DNA of 64,000 nt, taken from assembly GCF_006345805.1 (NCBI RefSeq), contig NC_043011.1:10850001-10914000 (forward strand). Direction: 5' to 3'. Positions 50,196 to 64,000 of this stretch are shown here, piece after piece (the first letter of the stretch is position 1; the number at the start of each line of letters is the position of its first letter). This DNA comes from Octopus sinensis (lineage: Eukaryota). A program made the translations under genes and the position numbers. The notes under the pieces were generated by a model that searched no databases, had not been told where the DNA came from, and saw only the letters and a program-made list of their open reading frames with translations.

Positions 50196-50203
50196 ATGTA
50201 TGT
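49812..50203. repeat. Long imperfect (TA)n microsatellite
   Basis: About 390 bp of TA with scattered interruptions; similar tracts at 50915-51010, 51870-52240, 55130-55270, 55960-56070 and 56440-56530. Confidence 0.95.
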
Positions 50204-50915
50204 ATACAAGATAAGAAAATGGAGAAATACATCTAAATCAAATATCAATTACCAGATAATACTCAATCACATACTTTATTAAACCACCACATAAGAGACT
50301 GTAGGGTTAAACATTAAAAAAACCAGAACAAATCAGTGTACATAAAGGAATGTACATAAAAAGGTGTACATAAAAGAGTAATGTTGTATAATAAGTAGAA
50401 TATATATAAAAAAGAGAATATAAATATAAGTAAATATAAATATAAGTATAGATTGCATCTTACAGCTGTTTCGACCATGTAGATAAGTATGTCTCATTTT
50501 ACCAATATTAGCCTTTTATGGTAGGTCAATATATAGATATAAATGAGACATTTACAAAAACATCATAAGGCCTCTTCGGAGATTTATGTACACTTTTTTT
50601 ATGTACATTCCTTTATGTACACTGATTTGTTCTGTTTTTTTTTATGTTTAACCCTACAGTCTCTTATGTGGTGGTTTAATAAAGTATGTGATTGAGTATT
50701 ATCTGGTAATTGATATTTGATTTAGATGCATTTCTCCATTTTCTTATCTTGTATTAGTAATTTGTGGTAAATCATTTTACCTTTGCCCATATAATACAGT
50801 AAATAAATTGATTGCATCGCAATCCTTAACATTTATGTATAACTTTGTTGGGTACTTCACTAGCAGTATATTGGATATATGTTATCCCATGGAGGGTTGC
50901 ATTTACAACCCCTAT
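50204..50915. mobile_element. ORF-less hammerhead-bearing element, inverted pair A (Penelope-like/retrozyme-like)
   Basis: Arms 50204-50374 and 50583-50754 are inverted; hammerhead in the spacer; right copy extends to cccctatctcaattt. Confidence 0.75.
50457..50583 (-). ncRNA. Type I hammerhead motif (AGCT loop III) with mutated core
   Basis: atct CCGAAGA ggcc...ggtc GAAA c agct g TA agat; U4 of CUGA is replaced by C. Confidence 0.7.
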
Positions 50916-50922
50916 CTCAATT

Positions 50923-51009
<87 letters not shown>

Positions 51010-51869
51010 TATATATAATTAGAAAGTGAGATAGGGGTTGTGAGTGTAACCCTCTATGGGATAACATATATCCAATATACTGCCAGTAAAGCACCCAGAA
51101 ATGCTAATACATAAATGCTAAGAATTGCAATGCAATTAATTCCTTTATTGTATTATATGGGCGAAGGTAAAATATTTTACCTCAAATTCATAATACAAAA
51201 TAAGAAAATGGAGGAATACACTTTAATCAGTCATCAGCTACCATATAATACCCATTCACATAATTTATTGACCAACTACATAGGAACATCCATATCAAAC
51301 ACAATACAGGACAAAACAGTACACATCAATGAGTAATATGATACCATAAGTACAATACGTATAAATAAATATTGATATAAACTAGATCTTACAGCTGTTT
51401 CAGCCATGTGGATAAGAGTATCTCATTATGCTCATATTAGCCAGGTGTGTTAAGGTAATATGTGGTTATAAATGAGATACTTACATATATATCCCAAGGC
51501 CTCTTCAGAGATTATAAAGTACAATTCAAATATGAATATTAGAGAAGGTACACATATACAAGAATAAGTACATATACATAATATACACATACATATAAGT
51601 GCATATACACATGCACCTACATATATATAAGTATATACATAATAATAATAATATGGCTGAAACAGCTGTAAGATCTAGTTTATATTTATATTTATTGATA
51701 TGTATTGTACTTATGGTATCATATTACTCATTGATGTGTACTGTTTCGTCCTGTATTATTGTGTTTGATATGGATGTTCCTATGTAGTTGGTTAATAAAT
51801 TATGTGAATGGGTATTGTATGGTAGTTGAAGATGGAGGAAGTGTATTCCTCCATTTTCTTATTTTGTAT
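51010..51869. mobile_element. ORF-less hammerhead-bearing element, inverted pair B
   Basis: Arms 51193-51407 and 51653-51869 are inverted; minus copy has the full hammerhead and the long extension, plus copy has only the 3' half of the ribozyme. Confidence 0.78.
51386..51512 (-). ncRNA. Type I hammerhead ribozyme (AGCT loop III), long stem II
   Basis: atct CTGAAGA ggcc...ggct GAAA c agct g TA agat; internal 11-bp helix agtatctcatt/aatgagatact. Confidence 0.83.
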
Positions 51870-51982
51870 ATTTATATATATAAGTGTGTATATATATAAG
51901 TGTGTATATATATATGTATATGTATATATATATGTGTATATATATGTATTATATATATGTGTGTGTGTGTGTGAGTATATAT

Positions 51983-52083
<101 letters not shown>

Positions 52084-52114
52084 ATATACATGTATGTATA
52101 TATATATGTATGTA

Positions 52115-52212
<98 letters not shown>

Positions 52213-52239
52213 TATATGTATGTATGTATGTATATATAT

Positions 52240-55130
52240 ATTGGACCTGATATAGGGGATGCAGAAATACACATTCCGCAATATGCAGTCATACGCTCAG
52301 ATAGAAAAGGGAGGAGCCATGGTGGAGTTGCAACGTACATCCGAGATGACCTCACGCCCCAGGTCCTGTTGTCATATTCAAACTCAGTGTGTGACACTCA
52401 AATTGTACACATAAGACAACTGAATATCGTCATATGCACTACATATCGCCCACCAGATGCCCCAAATCATCCAAGCATGTTTGAAGACTGCCTAACAAAA
52501 ATAGGAGAAGTCCTCACCAACCTTGAACAGCACAACAGTGTATTCTTCATGGGTTGCTTTAACTTCCCCAATGTGGAATGGCCTGGGGGCAGATGCTCTC
52601 AGGGATGACACACCATCAGCAGGCAGAGTCCCTGCTCCATCTCACAAATGCCTCTTTTATGGAGTTCTGTAACCAACAAGGGCAGATAATATACTGGATT
52701 TCTGCTTCACAAACAATATGAATATTATCCATAATGTTAAAGTGATGCCGACGATGATCTCAGATCACAACATGATAGAGCTGTCTATGTATGGACCAAA
52801 AGCCCCCGTAGACATACAACCTATACGAAGCATCCACCATCTCTCCAACTTAAACTTTCATAAAGCAAACTGGAAGTTGATTGAGAAAGAGATCCTCAAA
52901 CAGGATTGGCCTAAATGTCTCTCCATACCAGACATTACATGAAACACAAACACTTCATGTCCATAATACAAGCCATATGTGACAAATATGTCCCAGTGTA
53001 CAGGGCCAGCACAACACAAAAACAAAAACAGGATCCCTAGAGAAAGGAGGATTCTTATGAGACGACGGACAAGGATTGCAAACCGCCTGAGCAAGCACAA
53101 AAAAGTGGGGAGAAGTCTCGGCTCGAGAGAATGCTAATGGAAATTGAGAAAAGTCTGCATCAATCCCATGAAAAGGAGAGAGCAGATAAAGAAGTTTGGG
53201 TAATAGAAAATATAAAATCAAACCCTAAAGCTTTCGTTAAGTTTGCCAAAGAGACAGCCACAGTGCACCAGAGAATAGGACCTCTTTTCCAAAAAGATGG
53301 CTCTCTCACAGGAAATCCCACGAGGATAAGTGAAATACTGAACGAACAATTCCAAAGTGTGTTCACTACACCTCTAGGACACAGGCAAGTAAACAACCCA
53401 GAAGAATTCTTTGCCACTTTACCTGCGGCCAAAGAGGCAAACATTGAGTACATCAACATCGAAGATGATGATATCACACTAGCCATAGATGAGATTGACA
53501 CAAACTCAGCTGCTGGACCTGATGGGTTTCCAGCGATCCTTCTCAAATCGTGCAAACGAGCCCTTGCAAAACCGCTACAGCTTCTTTTTCAGAGCTTTCT
53601 TGCAAGCGGTAAGCTCCCAGTCAAATTGAAAGAGGGGGTAATATGCCCTATCCATAAGGGAGGTAGCAGAGCAAATGCTAAAAATTATAGGCCTTATCTC
53701 TCTGACCTCACACATCAGCAAAGTCATGGAACGAATAGTCCGCAAGAAACTAATCATGTTCCTTGAAGGAAATGACTTCATGTCTGACTCCCAGTATGGA
53801 TTTCGACCAGGTAGAGGCTGCCTAACACAGCTCCTGCAACACTATGACTGGGTGTTGAAACAGCTACTAAATGGCTCAAATGTGGATGTAATATATGTCG
53901 ACTTTGCAAAAGCCTTTGATGAAGTCGACCATGGTATGATCTGTCACAAGCTGCATGGTCTCGGCATAGGCGGGAAACTTGGAGAGTGGCTGCACAACTT
54001 CCTAAAAGACAGAAGACAGGCAGTTGTGAGCAATGGAGCCACCTCCAAGGAAACACAAATAACAAGCGGTGTTCCACAGGGCACTGTCTTGGGGCCACTG
54101 ATGTTCATAGTAGCCCTTTCAGACATGCCTTCAGTTGCTACGATGACCACCCTTGCTAGCTATGCAGATGACACAAAAGTCTCCCACACAATACAAAACC
54201 CTGAAATATTGTGCATCTGCAACAGGTTGGATAAATATACAGTGTGGCGGAGGACAACAAGATGCAGTTTAATGCAGGTAAGTTCCAGGCCTGCACTACC
54301 GGCACACAAAGGTAAACGACGTGCAGACTGGATACACTGGCCCAGGAAGAATTGCAATCCCTGAGTCAAAATCAGTGCGTGACCTAGGCACTGACATGAG
54401 CAAGTGCATATTACTAATCTGGTGATAAAATGCACACGGCTAGCTGGATGGATTCTCCAAACTTTCAGAACAAGAGAGAAGGAGACACTGATGGTCCTCT
54501 GGAAAACATTCGTCCTCAGCCGCTTGGACTACTGCTCCCAACTATGGTCACCACACAATATAAAACTAACAGCAGAACTCGAAGCAATTCAGAGAAGCTA
54601 CACAAAGAAAATCGTCTCAATGCAAAATATCAGCTACTGGGAAAGACTGAAGGTATTAAACCTCTTCTCCCTAGAGCGGAGGCGGGAGAGATATGCAGTG
54701 ATATACATCTGGAAAATCCTGGAGGGTCTTGTCCCAAATTTTGGCATTCAAAGTTACCCCAACTGCAGAACGGGGCGCCACTGCATTGTGCCAAAGATTC
54801 CAGCATCACCATCAAAATACAGGACCAGATACTGAAACAGCTTGGGTTTCAGAGGACCACAGCTCTTTAACATCCTCCCTAAATGCCTAAGAGACTTACA
54901 TGGTGTGGATGTGGGTTTCTTTAAAAATAAACTGGATCTCTTCTTGTCGGGAGTCCCAGATGAACCTACCTCACGACAGGAGACGCAGATGCGGGCAGCA
55001 GCATCGAACTCCCTTGTTGATCAAGTGCCACGTATCAGAGGTGGATTCACATATTAGTGTAGCTCATTCAGCGGTGGTGCCCCAGCATGGCCGCGGCCTT
55101 CGGGCTAAAACATTTTTAAGGATTTAAGGA
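52240..55130 (+). mobile_element. CR1/L2-type LINE with partial endonuclease and frameshifted RT
   Basis: [29 protein letters not shown] (EN); SGVPQGTVLGP, YADDTK (RT); family 3' motif at 55075-55111. Confidence 0.93.
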
Positions 55131-55146
55131 TATATATATATGTATG

Positions 55147-55209
<63 letters not shown>

Positions 55210-55264
55210 GTATGAATATATATATGTATGTATATATATATATATATGTATATATATTATATAT

Positions 55265-55982
55265 ATATTCAAAGTGAGATAGGGGTTATGAGTGTAACCC
55301 ACTATGGGATATCAGTTCTCCAATATACTGCCAGTAAAGTACCCAAAAGGCTAATATATAAATGCTTACAGTTGCAATGCAATTAGTTCATTTATTGTAT
55401 TAGATGGCGAAGGTAAAATATTTTACCTCAAATTCATAATACAAATAATAAAATGGAGGAACAGATTCCTTTCAATCATCGACTTACAGATATTACCAAT
55501 TCATATAATTTATTAATTAATTAAATAGGAACATCCAAATCCAACAGAATAAAACAATATACATCAATAAGTAAAATAATACCATAAAAATATTACATAT
55601 AAAATGAATCTTACAGCTGTTTCAGCCTGTAGATAAAAGTATCTCATTGTGCCTATATTAGTCCATATGCATCTGTCTATATATTATATTATATTGTGTT
55701 ACACTGTATTATATTATACTATATTTTATGTGGTATTTTCCATCTACTATGTATTGTGAATAGCAGAATGCACATATTCCATTATTGGTATTATTAATAA
55801 TAATAATAATATTAATTTTTTTGGTAATGTAATACAATGACCTTTGGACTTTTTATGTGTACCCTTTGATGTGGATATATATGTATACTCCAGTATATAT
55901 ATTTGATTATCTGTAACCTTATGTGTATGTATATTATTATATATATCCTTATATATATGTATATACACTTTATATATATATA

Positions 55983-56020
<38 letters not shown>

Positions 56021-56430
56021 ATATAGATATATATAATATATCATATATATATATATATAATAATATATATATTCTTGTATATATTCTTGTGTATGTGTAT
56101 TTTGTTTCATATTTATATTTGCATTTTATATTTTCATAATTGTACTTTATAATCTCTGACGAGGCCCTGAGATATATATATAACTCATTATTAACTGCAT
56201 ATTTAACTCATTTTTAACTGAATAATATAGGCACAATAAGATACCTTTATCTACAGGCTGAAACAGCTGTAAGATCCATTTTATATGTAATAATTTTATG
56301 GTATTATCTTACTTATTGATGTATATTTTTTTATTGTTTTATTCTGTTGGATTTGGATGTTCCTATTTAATTAGTTAATAAATGATATGAATTGGTATTA
56401 TCTGTAAGTTGATGATTCTTATTTGTATTA
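55265..56430. mobile_element. ORF-less hammerhead-bearing element, inverted pair C
   Basis: Minus copy 55265-55665 (half ribozyme, long extension) is inverted against plus copy 56140-56430 (full ribozyme, ends cttatttgtat); AT-rich spacer. Confidence 0.75.
56152..56275 (+). ncRNA. Type I hammerhead ribozyme (AGCT loop III), long stem II
   Basis: atct CTGACGA ggcc...ggct GAAA c agct g TA agat; predicted cleavage after 56271. Confidence 0.82.
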
Positions 56431-56455
56431 TATACGTATATTATATATATGTATA

Positions 56456-56517
<62 letters not shown>

Positions 56518-56730
56518 TATATAATATGTGTGTGTATAAAAAACATTACGTTATATAATTAGGGTTTAGTAAAAAAAATTACTTTACCACACACCAAACT
56601 TTTAGAATAGCAGCCAAAAAGTTTAGCTATTTCCTCTACTATAAAAAAGTCTCCCAGACAATGTATACTCAAAATAATTCATGTAGGTGTAGAGGGGAAA
56701 AATAACGAAAGGTCACACGTACATCGATTA

Positions 56731-56793
56731 CTTGAGAACGCGCGTTTCTGGATTAGTTGGATATAGAGATCAACATTTCCGTCATCAGCCAAG
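56731..56793 (-). ncRNA. Type I hammerhead motif (GCGC loop III)
   Basis: cttgg CTGATGA cgga...tcca GAAA c gcgc g TT ctcaag; full core, bulged stem I, C-A mismatch at the base of stem II. Confidence 0.65.
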
Positions 56794-57095
56794 ATTTCTT
56801 TAGGTTTGAATTTGAGGGCATTGAAAATCGGACATATCCGTCGGATATGAGTAATCCCAGACAAATCATCTTCGACTGCCAGTACTAACGAATTCAAAAA
56901 GTACGAATGGGGCTACACATCCTTCCCCGTCCACCCACGTGAGTTATAGAGCAACAAATCGCTACAGAGGGATCTGCAGTTTTATATCAGGGAGAGAGAA
57001 TATATTGTCAATAATAAAAGGATAAAATTAATTAATTATTTAATTATTAATTAAAAATTTTACCAAGTAGTGTTTTACCAAGTAGTGTAAAAAGA

Positions 57096-57195
57096 NNNNN
57101 NNNNNNNNNNNNNNNNNNNNNNNNNNNNNNNNNNNNNNNNNNNNNNNNNNNNNNNNNNNNNNNNNNNNNNNNNNNNNNNNNNNNNNNNNNNNNNN
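57096..57195. other. Assembly gap (100 N)
   Basis: Run of exactly 100 N, likely a placeholder of unknown size. Confidence 0.99.
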
Positions 57196-60100
57196 ACATT
57201 TGACACTTTCTAACCTGAAAACTCTTGAGTCTTTAGTGATATCTTGGATAAATATAAGCTAATTATCATTTAACTTATCTCTACCCAACAGATCACTAAA
57301 TTTTTTGTTCATTTTTCAAGGACACATTTGTTGCATTATATTTGAGACTTCAGTGATAACTTGTATAAATACATTTGCAACATTTTGACATATTCTAACA
57401 TGAAAACTTTTATTGGATAATTATAAGCTTATTATTAATCATTTAACATTTCTGATCACCTAACAGATCACTAACACTTTCTAACCTGAAAACTTTTGAG
57501 ATTTAATGATATCTTGGATAAATATAAGCTGATTATCAATCATTTAACTTATATAACTAACAGATCACTAAATTCTTTGTTGTTTTTGAAGTACACATTT
57601 GCAAAATTCTGACACTTTCTAACCTAAAAACTTTTTAGACTTTAGTGATATATTGAATAAATATTAGCTTATTAACAATCAGTTATCTTCTATGAACCTA
57701 ACAGATCACTAAACTTTTTTGTTGTTTTTCATGTACACATTTACAACATTTTGACACTTTCTAACCTGAAAACCTTTGAGACATTAGTGATATCTTGGAT
57801 AAATATAAGCTAATTATCAACCAACTTATCTCTCTACCCAACAGATCACTAAATTTTTTCTAGTTTTTCGAGTACACATTCGCAACATTTTGACACTTTC
57901 TAACCTGAAAACTTGGATAAATATAAGCTTATTATCAATCAGTTAACTTATTTGTACCAAAGGAGTCACTAAATTTTTTGATGTTTTTCGGGTACACATT
58001 TTTAACATTTTGACACATTGAAACCTGAAAACTTTTAAGACTTTATTGATATCTTGGATAAATATAAGCTAATTATCAATGAAGTAACTTATCTCTACCT
58101 AACAGATCAGTAAATTTTTTGCTGTTTTTCGAGTAAACATTTGCATCATTTTAACACTTTCTTACGTGAAAACTTTTGAAACTACTGACATTTTGGATAA
58201 ATATATGCTTATTATCAATCATTTAACTTATCTTTACCTCACAGATCACTAAACTTTTTTGTTGTTTTTCAAGTACACATTTGCAACATTTTGACACTTT
58301 CTTGCCTGAAAATTTTTGAGACTTTAGTGATATCTTTGATGAAAATAGTCTTATTATCAATTATTAAACTTATCTCTATCTAACAGATCACTAAATTTTT
58401 TCGTCGTTTTTCAAATACGCATTTTTAACATTTTGACACTTTCCAACCTAAAAAAATTTAGGACTTTACTGATATCTGGGATAAAAATATGCTTATTATC
58501 AATCATTTAACTTATCTTTACCTAACAGATCACTAAATTTTTTTATGTTTTTCGAGTACACATTTGCAACATTTTGACACTTTCTTACCAGAAAACTTGT
58601 GAGACTTTAGTGATATTTTGGATAGATATCACTATTATCATTCATTTATTATCTCTACCTAAGAAATCACTAAATTTTTTTTTGTTTTTCAGACAGACAT
58701 TTTCAAAATTTTGACACTTTCTAACCTGAAAACTCTTGAGACTTGAGTGATATCTTGGATAAATATAAACTTATTATCAATCAGTTACCAGATCACTAAG
58801 TTTTTTGTTATAATCAAGTACACATTGGCAACACTTTTACACTTTCTAACCTGAAAACTTTTGACATTTAATGATATCTTGGATAAGCTCATTATCAATC
58901 ATTTAACTTATATTGACCTAACAGTACACTAAATTTTTTGTTTTTGCAGTACACATTTGCAACATTTTCACAGTGTAACCTAAAATCTTTTTAGACTTTA
59001 GTGGTCGCTTCGATAAATATTATTATCAATCTATTCTAAATTTATCTAAATTTTTTGTCGTTTTTGAAGTACACATGTTCAACATTTTTACTCTTTGTAA
59101 CCTGAAAACTTTTAAAACTTTATCAATCAAGTAAATTATCACTACCTAAAAGATCAGTAAATTTTTTGCTGTTGTTCGAGTACACATTTGCAACATTTTC
59201 ACACTTTCTTACCTGAAAACTTTTGAGACTTTAGTGATATATTGGATAAATATATGCTTAATATCAATCATAAATTTTTTTGTTGTTTCTCAAATACACA
59301 TTTTCAACATTTTGACACTTTCTAACCTGAAACATCTTGGATAAATATATGCTTCTTTACCTAACAGCTCCCTAAACTTTTTTGTTGTTTTTCAAGTACA
59401 CATTTGCAACATTTTGACTCTTACCTGAAAACTTTTGAGACTTTAGTCATTTCATCAATCATTTAACTTATCTTTGCCTAACAGATCAGTGAATTTTTTG
59501 TTGTTTTTCAAGTACACGTGTCCATTACTTTGACACTTTCTACCCAACAGATCACTAAATTTTTTGTTGTTTTTCGAGTACTCACTTCCAACATTTTGAC
59601 ACATTTTAACCTCAAAACTTTAGTGATATCTTGGATAAATGTAAACTAATTATCAGTCTTGGATAAATATATGCTTCTTTACCTAACAGATCACTTTGTT
59701 GTTTTTCAAGTACACATTTACAACATTTCGACACTTCCCAACCTGAAAATTTTTGAGACTTTAGTGATATCTCTGATAAATATAAGCTAATTATCAATGT
59801 TGGATAAATATAAGCTAATTATCAATCAAGTAACTTATCTCTGCCTAACGGATCAGTAAATTTTTTGTTGTTTTTCAAGTACACATTTTCAACATTTTGA
59901 CACTTTGTAACCTGAAAACCGTTATAATCAAGTACACCTTTGCAACATTTTTACACTTGCAAACCTGAAAACTTTTGAGATTTAATGATATCTTGGATAA
60001 ATATTAGATTATTATCAATCATTTAACTTATCCTTACCCACTAAATTTTTTATCGTTTCTGAAGTACACATTTTCAACATTTTGACACTTTCTTACCTGA

Positions 60101-63100
60101 AAACTTTTGAGACTTTTGTTGTTTTTCAAGTACACATTTGCATTATTTTGAAACTTTGTAATCTGAAGACATTTGAGACTTTAGTGATATCTTGGATAAA
60201 TATATGCTTCTTTACCGAACAGTTCCCTAAAGTTTTTTGTTGTTTTTCCAGAAACACATTTTCAATATTTTGACACTTTCATACCTGAAAACTTTTGAGA
60301 CTTTAGTTATTTTATCGATCATTTGACTTACAGATCAGTGAATTTTTTTTGTTTATTAAGTACACGTTTGCATTATTTTGACACTTACATAAAAACTTTT
60401 AAGACTTTAGTGATATCTTGGATAAATATATGCTTATTATCAATCATTTAACTTGTCTTTACCTAACAGATCACAAAATTTTTTGTTGTTTTTCAAGTAC
60501 ACATTTTCTACATTTTGACACTTAGTAACCTGAAAACTTTTGAGATTTAATGATATCTTGGATAAATATAAGCGTATTATCAATCACTTAACTTATATTG
60601 ACCTAACAGAACACTAAATTTTTTGTTTTTTAAGTACACATTTGCAATATTTTCACACTGTAACCTAAAATCTTTTTAGACTTTAGTGGTCGCTTCGATA
60701 AATATAAGCTTATATTTAACTTATCATTTAACTTATCTAAATTTTTTGTCGTTTTTGAAGTACACATGTTCAACATTTTGACTCGTTTTTAAAGTACACA
60801 TTTTAACACTTTGTAACCTGAAAACTTTAGTGATATCTTGGATAAATATGAGCTAAACGTACCTTTACCTAACAGATCACTAAATTTTTTTGTTGTTTTT
60901 CAAGTGCACATTTACAACATTTTGACACTTTCTAACCTGAAAACTTGGATAAATATAAGGTTATTATCAATCAGTTAACTTATTTGAACCAAAGGAGTTA
61001 CTAAATTTTTTGATGTTTTTCGAGTACACATTTTTAAAATTTTGACACTTTGTAACCAGAAAACTTTTAAGACTTTATTGATATCTTGGATATTTAACCT
61101 GAAACCTCTTGAGACGAGTGATATCTTGGATAAATATATGCTCCCTAAACTTTTTTGTTGTTTTTCAAGTACACATTTGCAACATTTTGACTCTTACCTG
61201 AAAACTTTTCAGTCTTTAGTTATTTTATCAATCATTTAACTTATCTTTGTCTGTTAGACTAGTGATTTTTTGTTGTTTTTCAAGTACACGTTTCCATTAC
61301 TTTGACACATTGTAACCTGAAAACCTTTGAGACTTTAGTGATATCTTAGATAAATATAAGCTAATTATCAATCACCTTATCTACCCAACAGATCACTAAA
61401 TTTTTTGCTGTTTTTCGAGTACTCACTTGCAACATTTTGACACTTTCAGGTTACAAAGTGTCAAGATATCACTCGTCTCAAGAGGTTTCAGGTTAGATAT
61501 CCAAGATATCAATAAAGTCTTAAAAGTTTTCAAGTTACAAAGTGTCAAAATGTTAAAAATGTGTACTCGAAAAACATCAAAAAATTTAGTGACTCCTTTG
61601 GTACAAATAAGTTAACTGATTGATATTAACCTTATATTTATCCAAGTTTTCAGGTTAGAAAGTGTCGAAATGTTGCAAATGTGTACTCGAAAAACAAAAA
61701 ACAATTTAGTCATCTGTTGGGTAGAGAGATAAGTTGGTTGATAATTAGCTTATACTAAAGTCTCAAAGGTTTTCAGGTTAGAAAGTGTTAAAATGTTGTA
61801 AATGTGTTCTCGAAAAACAACAAAAAATTGAATGATCTGTTAGCTACCTAACAGATCATTAAATTTTTTGTTGTTTTTCGAGTACATGTTTCCTACATTT
61901 TGACACTTTCTTACCTTCAAACAAGATAAGTTACTTGATTGATAATTAGCTCATATTTATCCAAGATATCACTAAAGTTTTCAGGTTACAAAGTGTCAAA
62001 ACGTGTACTTGAAAAACAACAAAAAAGTTTAGTGATCTGTTAGGTGACAATAAGTTAAATGACTGACAATAAGCTTATATTTATCCAAGATATCACTAAA
62101 ATCTCAAAAGTTTTCAGGTAAGGAAGTGTCAAAGTGTTGCATATGTGTACTCGAAAAACAGCCAAAAATTTACTAATCTGTTAGGTAGTGATAATTTACT
62201 TGATTGATAAAATTTTAAAAGTTTTCAGGTAACAAAGAGTCAAGGTGTTGAACATGTGTACTTCAAAAACGACAAAAAATTTAGATAAGTTAAATGATTG
62301 ATAATAAGCTTATATTTATCGAAGCGACCACACTGTAACCTAAAAAGATTTTAGGTTACAGTGTGAAAATATTGCAAATGTATACTTCAAAAACAAAAAA
62401 TTTAGTGTCACTAAAGATATCACTAAAGTCGTAAAAGTTTTCATGTAAGAAAGTATCAAAATAATGCAAACGTGTACTTAAAAAGCAGAAAGAAAATTCA
62501 CTGATCTGTAAGTCAAATGATCGATAAAATAACTAAAGTCTCAAAAGTTTTCAGGTAAGAAAGTGTCAAAATATTGAAAATGTGTTTCTGGAAAAACAAC
62601 AAAAAACTTTAGGGAACTGTTCGTTAAAGAAGCATATATTTATCCAAGATATCATTAAAGTCTCAAATGTCTTCAGATTACAAAGTTTCAAAATAATGCA
62701 AATGTGTACTTGAGAAACAACAAAAGTCTCAAAAGTTTTCAGGTAAGAAAGTGTCAAAATGTTGAAAATGTGTACTTCAGAAACGATAAAAAATTTAGTG
62801 GGTAAAGATAAGTTAAATGATTGATAATAATCCAATATTTATCCAAGATATCATTAAATCTCAAAAGTTTTCAGGTTTGAAAGTGTAAAAATGTTGCAAA
62901 TGTGTACTTGATTATAACGGTTTTCAGGTTACAAAGTGTCAAAATGTTGAAAATGTGTACTACTTAAAACAACAAAAAATTTTGTGATCTGTCAGGTAAA
63001 TAGTTTTGATAATAAACTAATATTTATCCCAGATATTAGTAAATCCTAAAATTTTTATGTTGGAATGTGTCAAAATGTTACAAACGTGTACTCGAAAAAC

Positions 63101-63360
63101 AACAAAGAATTTACTGATCCGTTAGGCAGAGATAAGTTACTTGATTGATAATTAGCTTATATTTATCCAACATTGATAATTAGCTTATATTTATCAGAGA
63201 TATCACTAAAGTCTCAAAACTTTTCAGGTTGGAAAGTGTCAAAATGTAAATGTGTACTTGAAAAACAACAATGTAAAGAGATCTGTTACGTAAAGAAGCA
63301 TATATTTATCCAAGATATCACTAAAGTCTCAAAACTTTTCAGGTAAGAAAGAGTAAATTA
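57196..63360. repeat. AT-rich satellite, ~141-bp monomer, with orientation switches
   Basis: ttgacactt anchors at 58151, 58291, 58433 and 58574 (140-142 bp apart). Forward orientation to about 61446, reverse thereafter, with a short forward island near 61845-61920. Confidence 0.97.
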
Positions 63361-63509
63361 GTAAATTTCTTGTGTATGATGTAGATTTTGCCATTTTATT
63401 ATATTGTGTGCTATTTGGTTATCTGGTATCCACCTTGAGTTTTATAGTCACTACAGGGAATTTTGTGTCGTGCTTCCGCACTTCAGGTTACAAAGTTTCA
63501 AAATAATGC

Positions 63510-63665
63510 AAATGTGTATACAATGGCGCGCGCTCGCGCACCGTCTATTTCTTTTTCGCGCAAGCAGCGACTGAAGGCGGCGGTCACGTATATTTTTTCT
63601 CCGTCCGAACTTGATTCTAGCAGCACCTTACCAAAAGGCCTCTAACCGGACGCCATCTTTGACCA
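63510..63665 (-). promoter_or_regulatory. CpG-rich patch with YY1-like motif and candidate splice donor
   Basis: Minus strand aagatggcg (63651-63659) followed 20 nt later by ttttg|GTAAGG (63631-63626). Motif-only evidence. Confidence 0.35.
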
Positions 63666-64000
63666 GTATCGTTTTGCATTTGAACACTTTCTTATTTTAC
63701 AGCACTGACACATACTAAAGGGTACCAGATAACCACTTATTGTTACATTAGAGAATAAAGTAGTATATATATATTTTACGTCTGCATCTTGTTTCTGACT
63801 GGTAGAATTCTGGATTATTAAAGCAACGGCGAGTGATTGCTTTCTTGTACCCCGAAAGTACAAGAGAAGATCGGCAGGAGGACTTAACCAACATGAAGCC
63901 CAGTTTCAACTACAGCCGGCTATTACTGCCAATCCTGTACAAGATATTGTAGATCTTTAGCTGGGCTAAAAAGTCACAATCGATCACAGCACCAGTAGCC

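Overview
AT-rich, repeat-saturated animal genomic DNA, most likely from an octopus or other coleoid cephalopod. That assignment is an inference from the SINE/LINE families, the C2H2 zinc-finger array style and the abundant (TA)n; it was not database-checked. No intact host gene is evident. The window holds a frameshifted C2H2 zinc-finger array of about 19 fingers plus a second relic, mariner and Tc1 transposons, several RTE and CR1-type LINE copies (one RTE near full length with a six-fold amplified 3' UTR), tRNA-derived SINEs, Helitron pieces, a Gypsy integrase relic, several fold-back inverted repeats, a 100-N gap and a ~141-bp satellite. The most notable observation is a cluster at 47.5-56.8 kb of six type I hammerhead-ribozyme motifs plus three half copies. 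They fall into four variants whose loop III is a different 4-nt palindrome each time (AGCT, AATT, GATC, GCGC). Most have an unusually long, structured stem II, and five sit in ORF-less, head-to-head inverted repeat pairs resembling non-autonomous Penelope-like elements or retrozymes. Coordinates were counted by hand; ends of decayed elements are approximate.
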